A stretch of 55,919 bases of DNA from an uncultured virus (IMG/VR IMGVR_UViG_2061766007_004183) (lineage: Duplodnaviria > Heunggongvirae > Uroviricota > Caudoviricetes), in IMG/VR virus record IMGVR_UViG_2061766007_004183. One strand, given 5' to 3'. A program made the translations under genes and the position numbers. A model generated the notes under the pieces. The model did no database searches and was not told the origin of the DNA. It was given only the letters and a program-made list of their open reading frames with translations. This document shows positions 47,410 through 55,919 of this stretch, piece by piece; position 1 is the first letter of the stretch, and every line of letters begins with the position of its first letter.

Positions 47410-48596
47410 TGCCAGGTAGAGTACTCCTCCCTGACGGACAGGATGCTCCCAGAGAGGTGTCCCCGTGCTGACGTGATAGGCCACCTGCGCTACCAGGAAG
47501 GATTTGCCNNNNNNNNNNGTCCGTCCCCTCCACGCCGAACATCCGGGACATTCGTTCCTGCAGTCGTTGCTTGTCGTCCTCCAGCGCCAGGTAGAGGACA
47601 CCGCCCTGGCGGACAGGATGCTCCCAAAGAGGTGTCCCCGTGCTGACATGATAGGCCACCTGCGCCACAAAGAAGGATTTGCCGACCTTGGGAGCCCCGG
47701 CGACGAAGTAGGTGCCGGTGGNNNNNNNNNNGGTTTCAAAGCTGTCCTCTGCCGGCTGCTTCCTGGTGTGATGGACGAGCAAAAGGCAAATCTGCCTGCT
47801 GTCCGCAAACCGTTTGAGCATCCCGATGACTTCATAGTCCTTGGCGTAGCTGTACGCTTCCCCGGATGCCGNNNNNNNNNNTTTGAGCATCCCGATGACT
47901 TCATAGTCCTTTGCGTAGCTGTACGCTTCCCCGGATACCGCCCGCACCTTCTGCAGCGTGTCAATGATGACCAGCCTGGTACCGGGATGCTCCCGGAGAT
48001 AATTGTCCAGCTGCGTCTCCAGACCAGCCCCAACCTGGCTGGAATAGATGGCGAAGCTCAGATCGTCCGTCCCATCGACGCCAAACATGCGGGACATTCG
48101 CTCCTGGAGTCTTTGCTTGTCATCCTCCAAGGCAAGGTANNNNNNNNNNTGTCCCCTCGACGCCGAACATCCGGGACATTCGCTCCTGGAGTCTTTGCTT
48201 GTCATCCTCCAAGGCAAGGTAGAGGACGCCGCCCCGGCGGACAGGATGATCCCAAAGCCGGGTCCCCGTGCTGACGTGATAGGCCACCTGGGCCACCAGG
48301 AAAGACTTGCCGACCTTGGGAGCCCCAGCAACGAAGTAGGTGCCGGTGGGAAGCAGGCCGTCGATGAGCGGCGGCCTGCCGGTAAACGCCTGGTCATACA
48401 AGTCGTTCATGGAGAAGGTATGGAGATATGACGGATCTAATAGCCGCTCCGTTTCCCGCATCTCTCGCAAATATTGCTTGTAATCGTCTTCCCCGTCTGC
48501 TATACTGCCTGTGGTTGAGTTGAGTGACTGCCCTTCATCTGCGCCAACAGATGATCCCAGGGCGGTCATTCTTTTTTCTTCCGTCATGTCGCTCAC
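47410..48596 (-). CDS. AAA_25 ATPase, gap-fragmented and redundantly assembled 5' half
   Basis: IDGLL..G.Y..AGAPKVGKSF, VLYLALED, LVIIDTLQK. Confidence 0.75.
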
Positions 48597-48971
48597 TCCT
48601 TCATTCCTTCCAGAGTGACCGCAATCAGCCGGATGTTGTCAAGGAGTTCGTCGCTGACATCGCTGCCGCTCTCGATTCTGCGCAGCTCGTTCAGTACGGC
48701 AGCAAGCTCATTCCGCAGCGCCTTATAAACGCGGGGATTTCCTTGCACCACGATGTCCCTTTTCATGCACCGCCGATAGCAGTATTCCTGTTTNNNNNNN
48801 NNNCTGCACCACGATGTCCCGTTTCATACACCGCCGATAGCAGTATTCCTGCTTGGAAAGCCCGGACAATGCCACGGCGATATTGATCTGCTCGTTCTCT
48901 TCCGGCGACACACGGAAGCCTACGGTGATATTCCTCCAACGGTTGTGTTCATCTCTGTTCTTTGCCGACAT
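48593..48971 (-). CDS. Ribbon-helix-helix mobilisation protein (MobC-like), interrupted by a gap
   Basis: TVGFRVSPEE...I......SGLSKQEY...GNPRVYKALRN. Confidence 0.7.
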
Positions 48972-48973
48972 AC

Positions 48974-49135
48974 TCAGCTGCTCCTTTCCATATTCAATTT
49001 ATCTGCCATCTCCGTCTGCTTCGACGGGAACAGGTGCGCGTAGTTATAGGTGATGTCAATGCTCTCATGTCCGACCCGATCTGCAATCGCGGTGGCGCTG
49101 AAGCCCATGTCGATGAGCAAGCTCACATGGCTGTG
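48974..49135 (-). pseudogene. C-terminal remnant of a tyrosine integrase
   Basis: Translates HSHVSLLIDMGFSATAIADRVGHESIDITYNYAHLFP...; breaks off just before the catalytic R of HxLRH. Confidence 0.8.
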
Positions 49136-49586
49136 CCCTTGCGGTATAATTCCGACAAACCGGAAAAGTCCCGTATTTTCAAGGGGTTTAAAGGTTTCAA
49201 GCCTGATTTTTGATCCTTTTCCAAACCAAGAATCAAGCTGGAAAAACGTCGAATCGCAGGGGGTGTTTTATTATCGACATGTAATTCCCTGGCAGCCGAG
49301 GGCACTATCCCGGCATCTTGTGGGCGTTTCAAGCTGCTGAAAAGCAGCTATGAAGCCCCTTTTTCATGCTCACGATTATTCCTTTGTGGTATTATACTGC
49401 TCACAACTTATTTTGCCACAAACAAGTAACCGGGGCGACTATTCTCAGTCTCCTCGGTTTCTTGTTTCATGGGGCTGTTTCGCTACAGCCCCTTTAGTGG
49501 TTGTGGGGAAGGGATTTCTCTTTATTCATGAATCGGTAAGTGTTCGGTATCTAAGGGTGCTTTCTATAGGTCTTTATCTCAGTTTG

Positions 49587-50642
49587 CTATTCTGCACATA
49601 GGCAATAATCTAAACCTAGCCTGCACCCTGATCTGCATAATCGAAGAAAGGTGCAAGCTCTACACTTTTTATCATTGTGGTTCCTATAACGTGAAAAGAA
49701 CTCACTGTTCCAAACTTCGCGAAGTGAAAATTCTTTTAACGATATCTGTTCAGGAGAATCCCAGATACCAAAAGAACAAGGATAGCAATACAAATTACTG
49801 TCAATATACATTGAAAATGTTGCCGCTTCACATGCATCCACCGACGCGGGTGAAATGTCTTTACACCAATGTAAAACCGCCGGAGTAAAACAGGTATCAA
49901 AGCCAACTTGATAAGGGTGACGAAGCAGTGCATTTGCGAAAAACAAGTCCAATCGTGAATCATCCGCTGATAGCACTTTCTCACTTCTACCTAATCCTAC
50001 AGGTTTATACAAGATAAAAACGACAGCATTGATTCCTTCACAAAATCTATCAGCTTGAAGCCTTTCAATAGCCTCATCAATTGTATCTTTCGATACGACG
50101 AAATGAATATTGGTGGTACATCCAGCAGAAAGAAAACGCTTTACGGCATTTATAGTGGCACAGTTACTCTCTTTTCCCTCAATCAGTCTCGAATACCAAG
50201 ATACTGCAACAGCCCCACAGTAACGTCGAATTAAGCTAATCTCTTTTTCAGTCAGATGGAAACCACTCGTTGTAATGTTAGGGACGATATGATAATGACG
50301 GCATATGCGAAGAATCTCCTCAAAACCAGGGTGCTTATTAGGGTCACCTGCTCCACCTAATGCAATTTGAAATGTCTTGCCGCTTGCTTGACGTGCAATA
50401 GTCTCAAAATCATCTACTGTCATATGCTCTCTATAGTTGTCTTTGCCGCGCTGGTAACAATCCACTCCCGCAGCGCTACAATAAACACCGTTACTACAAT
50501 GCCCCATAATCCCAACATCAAGCAATTCAGGAAAAGATCTCATGTAAGGATCCACGCCATTAATATCGCTTCGTATTAGTGTTCCATTATCCTCATTGAA
50601 TAATTCATAAAAGCCAAACTGCTTGTCATAATATAAAATCAT
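49587..50642 (-). CDS. Radical SAM/SPASM protein with expanded Cys motif
   Basis: PELLD.GIMGHCx5Cx6CY, QIALGGAGDP, NITTSG, YKPVG.G, SPASM CEA...YPCSF and CxxCx5CxxxC. Confidence 0.85.
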   Translation of the reverse strand: MILYYDKQFGFYELFNEDNGTLIRSDINGVDPYMRSFPELLDVGIMGHCSNGVYCSAAGVDCYQRGKDNYREHMTVDDFETIARQASGKTFQIALGGAGDPNKHPGFEEILRICRHYHIVPNITTSGFHLTEKEISLIRRYCGAVAVSWYSRLIEGKESNCATINAVKRFLSAGCTTNIHFVVSKDTIDEAIERLQADRFCEGINAVVFILYKPVGLGRSEKVLSADDSRLDLFFANALLRHPYQVGFDTCFTPAVLHWCKDISPASVDACEAATFSMYIDSNLYCYPCSFGIWDSPEQISLKEFSLREVWNSEFFSRYRNHNDKKCRACTFLRLCRSGCRLGLDYCLCAE

Positions 50643-50657
50643 AGTTTTTTTCTCTGC

Positions 50658-51050
50658 TTACCACACACAAGCTCTTCCATTTAAGTAAAAGTCCTTATCT
50701 TCAATTTCAAAACTGTCGGTGGTAAAAAACTGTGTTATCGGAGAATCATCGCTACTAGTGAATCCCCAATAGGTAAATGCGCCTTTCAAACTTTCAAACC
50801 GTTCAGCAGCTTTGACACCAAATGCTTCGCGGATTTTTCCACTAGAAGGTTCCTCATAATCATAGTACCTCAACCCATGATCAATCCCATCCATAATCTC
50901 TCTACATAATTCATATCCTTTTTCTTCAAGTTTTCCCCCCTTGATAAAACCGAGTTTTTCAAAAAGGTATTCAATAGTTAGCCGCTCTCTCGAAATAATC
51001 AAGAAATTCGTTGACGAACTATTAGTAATAAATCCCGTCCGGATCTTCAT
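50658..51050 (-). CDS. MKIR..F.TNSSS-motif small protein
   Basis: MKIRTGFITNSSSTNF; AGGAGG RBS; overlaps the upstream gene. Confidence 0.75.
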   Translation of the reverse strand: MKIRTGFITNSSSTNFLIISRERLTIEYLFEKLGFIKGGKLEEKGYELCREIMDGIDHGLRYYDYEEPSSGKIREAFGVKAAERFESLKGAFTYWGFTSSDDSPITQFFTTDSFEIEDKDFYLNGRACVW

Positions 51051-51450
51051 CTATAATTCCTCCTACTGCTTCAGAGAAAAGCTTCTTAAACTCATGATCA
51101 TAATTTAGTGTTTCAATGTTCCTTTCAATAGACATTGCCGAACAATCCTTCTTAGCATAGCTGCCTTTAGTCAATTCACATGCCATGCCCTTTTCTATGT
51201 TGTAGTGTTCCTCGATGAATTCAGCTAGGGAGGAGAACTCTTTTCGGTAATACTTGCGGTATTCTTTTTGAAAGTCTATTGCTCCAGCAAAGTAGTAATC
51301 ATACATTCTTGATATGAGATTACCCGCAAAAGACTTTCGCCTGACTCCAAGACGCCTAATGACAGTAGGTTTTCGTGGAATTCTTTTTCGCGGAAAATAG
51401 ATTACTCCATGTGTCTTTTTGCATAGTTCTTGGCTCGTATTACATTTCAT
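51022..51450 (-). CDS. Hypothetical protein
   Basis: Overlaps both neighbours, suggesting translational coupling. Confidence 0.65.
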   Translation of the reverse strand: MKCNTSQELCKKTHGVIYFPRKRIPRKPTVIRRLGVRRKSFAGNLISRMYDYYFAGAIDFQKEYRKYYRKEFSSLAEFIEEHYNIEKGMACELTKGSYAKKDCSAMSIERNIETLNYDHEFKKLFSEAVGGIIDEDPDGIYY

Positions 51451-53695
51451 TTCTAATTGCCTCATTCAGCCGATTCTGTATTTGCTGTTTTACTTGCTCG
51501 TGATCAGGCAAAAGTTCAAAATACCGGCGAAGATCATGATCCTTGACGTGGTCCCGTAAAGAGAATAACAGTAAAAACAGTTCAGCAATCTCCTGAATCT
51601 GGTATGCTTTCTTGGCACCATCTGGCTTAGATACTAATTCACGATGATAATTTACAAGATCTAGCGGCATATCAATACCTAAATAGTCAGAGTAGCATAC
51701 CATTTGTTTGAAAACCTCTAGGATGTCTTCGATGTTGTCAAAACCAAACAGTATGTCGAGGTATTCTTCCAGATCATTTTCCATTCCAGTTAAAGTACCA
51801 TAGAAGAGGGTGTCAAACAGTTTTCCTCCATCCTCTTTCGGCATCTTCTTTATACATTCTCTGATAAAACATTTCTCAAAAGCTGCTAAAGGTAAGTCGG
51901 TTTTAAAAACTAATCTGATCCCATAATTCATAAACTCTTCTCTATGATGCAAATGTATCTGTGGTTTTCGCGTAGTATCTTCGCGGTAAAGACTCAAGAC
52001 CTCAAGGCACAAATTTGCCCGTTCCACGTCAGTAATGCATGAAACTGTTCTAAAGAAGGTATAAGCATACTGGATCACACCCTCCTCACATGACGCCTGT
52101 AAGCTACGTAATGTATTAATTGTACTTAGAACTCGAGTGCCATCGATCTTTGATTCCTTTAAGTCTGTGTTTCTTTGTATTATACGACGCGCAATATAGT
52201 AATCACGAAGTTCGTCGAAAACAAAATAAAGCACTTCATAATTGCTCTTTGCAATGGTGTTTTCAAAGCGAGGTAGCTTTTTATTGATCAGTATTGTCTC
52301 ATCAAACGCTTTTTCAAGATCCTCGTGACCTACCCCCATTTTAATAAGAGAGTCAATACCAATCTGGTCAAAAGAATTGGTTGTGATCATAGCATCAACG
52401 GTACAATCAAGTATTCTTTCTATATTCGGAAAACCGTTGTTCTTTACGTAACTGATATATTCCTCAAATAATTCGTGCTTCCTGATTGTTAGTATCTCTT
52501 TGCTGCTGTTTCTATTTACTTCAAAAAAGATTCTTAATAGTAGTAGCTGTTCATATAGAACGTGTTTCACATTATCGGATATATAACCGCTATAATGAAA
52601 GTGAGATCTATACTTACTCAGTATTCGCTCTTTTGCACTAAGTGGGTATGTTACACTCTTTAGATCAAATAAAAAGAAAGTCGATTTTAAATCTTTTGTG
52701 AGGCTTTTCGCAAAACGTTCTTCGAAATACTCATTACGGCAAGAAATAATTAGTTTAAATCTACTATATGCTGCAATCATGTTTATGAAATCATGAAGGC
52801 GTTCTCGATAATCTGGGTCATCGTTCTCATTTACTGCATCGATTACGACCATAAGATGCTTTCTTTTGATTCTGAGTATCGTGTTTAATATTCTAAAGTA
52901 TACAGATTTGTGCTTTTTCCAAAACTTATGTATATTGAGTTGAGATAATATATAATCATCAACACTTCCACGAATGTTTTTGGAGTTGAGAAATACTACG
53001 GACTCTTTTAATCTGATGGCCAATTCAGTTATGCTGCAGAGCAGGTTCGTCTTCCCGTTTCCAGCACTTCCTGTAATAACAATATAATTCCTATTAGCCG
53101 CCTTCACATAAGACAAAAGGGTTCCTAATGCCTCTAAATATGGTCTTTGTGTAATCTCAAAAAGTGGCAAGGATTCGGAAAAACCATCCTTAAACTTAAT
53201 CGAGCGTCTTCCAAAGTTCTCGTGATACTTATAAGCCGTAGTAATTACATCCTCAATTTCGCTTAATGCTGCAAACCTTCTAAGATGGAAAGAAACGGCG
53301 TTATCTGTGTTTGCTTCTTTGAGAATCTCACCATAATGATTATCATAGATGGAATTATACTGATTTATAATACGGCGTTTCCAACGCTTCCCATTAATAA
53401 AGTATCGTAGTATTTCCTTGCTATTATTCAGCTCTACAAAGACTCCAGGTATGTATTTTCCGTTCCGCTTAAGCTCCTTTACTTGGCTTTCGGAAAATCT
53501 GCTTGTTTTTCTCCGAATGGAAAACACAGAAATAAAGATTAAAAATAACGCAAATACTGTAGCGATAACCCACAGAGAATTCTGAATAGCCTCAACAACA
53601 TGATTGAAAGAATCGATATAGTTAATCGTAGCGTTTGTTGTTTCAATTGCGCCGATTGTGTCGCCAGTTACTTCATAAAGCTCAATGAATCTCAT
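51440..53695 (-). CDS. Membrane-anchored STAND/NACHT-like P-loop NTPase
   Basis: N-terminal TM; Walker A GSAGNGKT; Walker B VVIDAVNE; IISCR; F.FDELRDY..A. Confidence 0.75.
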   Translation of the reverse strand: MRFIELYEVTGDTIGAIETTNATINYIDSFNHVVEAIQNSLWVIATVFALFLIFISVFSIRRKTSRFSESQVKELKRNGKYIPGVFVELNNSKEILRYFINGKRWKRRIINQYNSIYDNHYGEILKEANTDNAVSFHLRRFAALSEIEDVITTAYKYHENFGRRSIKFKDGFSESLPLFEITQRPYLEALGTLLSYVKAANRNYIVITGSAGNGKTNLLCSITELAIRLKESVVFLNSKNIRGSVDDYILSQLNIHKFWKKHKSVYFRILNTILRIKRKHLMVVIDAVNENDDPDYRERLHDFINMIAAYSRFKLIISCRNEYFEERFAKSLTKDLKSTFFLFDLKSVTYPLSAKERILSKYRSHFHYSGYISDNVKHVLYEQLLLLRIFFEVNRNSSKEILTIRKHELFEEYISYVKNNGFPNIERILDCTVDAMITTNSFDQIGIDSLIKMGVGHEDLEKAFDETILINKKLPRFENTIAKSNYEVLYFVFDELRDYYIARRIIQRNTDLKESKIDGTRVLSTINTLRSLQASCEEGVIQYAYTFFRTVSCITDVERANLCLEVLSLYREDTTRKPQIHLHHREEFMNYGIRLVFKTDLPLAAFEKCFIRECIKKMPKEDGGKLFDTLFYGTLTGMENDLEEYLDILFGFDNIEDILEVFKQMVCYSDYLGIDMPLDLVNYHRELVSKPDGAKKAYQIQEIAELFLLLFSLRDHVKDHDLRRYFELLPDHEQVKQQIQNRLNEAIRNEM

Positions 53696-54002
53696 TTTAA
53701 TCTCCAATTATACTTGCCTCTGCACTCTAAGGGTTACAGCTATTATAAACCGATCAGATCTAGCTTTATCGCTCATGTTATACTTGATATGGAAAAACAC
53801 ATCGTAATGACTCATTCTTCACAGTTTTATCATTTTAACCTAGTAAATAGCGAGATGCAAGAACAAACTCCTTCGAATAATCCACACGGGAAATCCTGAT
53901 TAGCTAATGAATACCTAAGAAACTATAGCGGTATTTGAGTATATCTGATAACAATGGTTCAAAAACATTTTGCATTACTATTCTCAAATAGGAGGAAAAC
54001 AA

Positions 54003-54262
54003 ATGCTAAGAGGGAGTTCACCGCTCCAAAAAAACAAAACCGCAGAGCAGATCGTCCGCATCCCGCTGACTGAGTTACACCCTTTCCCGGACCATCCTTA
54101 CGGCATACGGGAGGATCAGGCTATGCAGGACATTGTGGACAGCGTGAAGCAGAATGGCGTTGTGGTTCCGGCCATCGTCCGCCCCCGCGCAGAAGGCGGG
54201 TATGAGATCGTAGCCGGGCACAGGCGCAAGCTGGCATCCGAACGGGCAGGCTTTACGGATAT
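54003..54262 (+). CDS. ParB-like protein, fragment
   Basis: IPL.ELHPFPDHPY, GV..P.IVRP, YEIVAGHRR; cut by a gap. Confidence 0.7.
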
Positions 54263-54670
54263 NNNNNNNNNNGCGGCGCATATAGACATACAGCTCCGCC
54301 TTGACGCCCACGTCCACGCCCACGGTGGGCTCGTCCAGNNNNNNNNNNTCGCAGAAATGGCTTGTTTTCACTGGAAAACGAGCCATTTTCCTATCCAAAA
54401 GTTCATATCTTTTTTTGTGATTCGGAAAAAGCAATGTACGCCCCCCTATGAAGCGGGTGCATCAGCTATACCCCCAATTACACAAACAAAAACAAAGAAG
54501 GATGCCTGCACACTCCGCGCTGAACAAGCGCTACCCTCCCCTGCTTAGCTGCATCTCCTCTGATAATAGCAATTCCCATTTCATATCTTTTGGGCGTTTC
54601 AATCTGCTGAGAAGTAGCTTTGAAGCGCCCTTTTTTCATACCCAAAATCAAGAATAACGGAGGGAAGAAA

Positions 54671-55919
54671 ATGCCAACAGAGACTTCCCCGCCCGAACGG
54701 GGACGAAAACCGAAACAGCCCTTACCAGTAAAGCCAATGCAAGGTACAGAGCAGATCGTCCGCATCCCGCTGACCGAGTTACACCCTTTCCCCGATCATC
54801 CCTACGGTATCCGGGAAGATCAAGCTATGTTGGACACTGTGGACAGTGTGAAGCAAAACGGCGTCGTAGTGCCTGCCATCGTCCGGCCCAGGGATGAGGG
54901 TGGTTATGAGATCGTCGCCGGGCACCGACGAAAGCTGGCTTCTGAGCGGGCAGGCTTTACGGATATGCCCTGCATCATNNNNNNNNNNCGATCATCCCTA
55001 CGGTATCCGGGAGGATCAAGCTATGTTGGATACTGTGGACAGTGTGAAGCAAAACGGTGTTGTTGTGCCTGCCATCGTCCGGCCCAGACCAGAGGGCGGC
55101 TATGAAATCGTCGCCGGGCACAGGCGCAAGCTGGCATCCGAACGGGCAGGCTTTACGGATATGCCCTGTATCGTCCGTAATCTTACCGATGATGAGGCGA
55201 TCATCCAGCTTGTGGATTCCAACGCCCAGCGGGAGGACGTGCTGCCCAGCGAAAGGGCAAAGGCGTACAAGATGCGACTGGATGCCATCAAGCGCACGGC
55301 GGGAAGGCCGCCAAGACAAGCACAGGAAAATGTNNNNNNNNNNTTGCCCAGCGAACGGGCTAAGGCATACAAGATGCGGCTGGAGGCCATCAAGCGCACG
55401 GCGGGAAGGCCGAGGAAGGAACTTTCAGACGAAGAACCATCTTCAGGAAATTCGCTGAATAATTCGGCGAATTTCCGAAGCGACGATGAAGTGGGAAATA
55501 CGGACGGTATCAGCGGAGATACCGTCCGTAATATTATCTCCCTCAACAACCTGGTCCCAGAGCTGATGCAGATGGTGGACGATAAGAAGATCTCCCTGAC
55601 GCCTGCATATCAGATCGCGGCGCTGACCGAACCGGAGCAGCGCCTCTTGATTGAAACGATGGACAGTGAGCAGGCCACCCCTTCCGTTTCCCAGGCACAG
55701 CGGATGCGGAGGCTCAGTCAGACGGGCGAGCTGAACGAGGACAATATGCTCCAAATCATGATGGAACAGAAAAAGCCGCAGAACTCCAGCATCACGATTC
55801 CACTGGACAAGCTCCGCAAATACTTCCCCAAAACCTACTCCCCCGCGAGGATCGAGGAGACGATCTTCAAACTCCTGGATCAGTGGCTGAAGCGCCGCCA
55901 GCGGAGCCAGGAAAGATAA
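54671..55919 (+). CDS. ParB/RepB/Spo0J family protein (gap-fragmented, redundantly assembled)
   Basis: YEIVAGHRR, DSN.QRE..LPSERAKAY, ATPS.SQAQR, KYFPK; stop at the window end. Confidence 0.8.

Noticed and set aside
45479..48823. Apparent tandem repeat array or CRISPR-like repetition
   Set aside because: Units are overlapping pieces of one AAA_25/mob coding region separated by 10-N gaps; this is collapsed multi-copy assembly, with no repeat-spacer structure
54293..54338. ABC ATPase motif LDEPT.G.D on the minus strand
   Set aside because: Tiny fragment between N-gaps; probably misplaced scaffold filler
54003..55333. Apparent triplication of parB
   Set aside because: Gap-separated redundant fragments; copy number and order cannot be trusted

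Overview
AT/GC-mosaic accessory region from a Clostridia-like (Bacillota) genome, probably a metagenome scaffold. Positions 1-45116 look like one large integrative island ending in a duplicated tRNA 3' end (att site). It carries defence and counter-defence cargo (NADAR fusion, SEFIR/TIR, two HEPN-motif proteins, an Mrr-like nuclease, an AcrVA2-like protein), an ImmR/ImmA-type regulator pair, two Y-family polymerases, a YqaJ/RecD2/SSAP/primase replication-recombination module, and an AAA_25 plus large serine recombinase module. The standout locus is 9169-12261: promoter, 41-codon leader peptide with terminator/antiterminator, rtcB, XRE regulator, then an array of 15 tRNA or tRNA-like genes. Leader codons 2-23 read like a checklist of the array's anticodons, suggesting an attenuator that senses tRNA integrity and induces RNA repair plus replacement tRNAs. 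The array includes a tRNA-Sec-like 8/4 'allo-tRNA' with an AGA anticodon. After 45144 the sequence is broken by N-gaps, with collapsed copies of a MobV/AAA_25 mobilisable element and ParB. An intact AT-rich four-gene cassette (STAND-like NTPase, hypothetical, NSSS-motif protein, atypical radical SAM/SPASM) lies at 49587-53695. All product calls come from motif recognition by eye; no database search was run.
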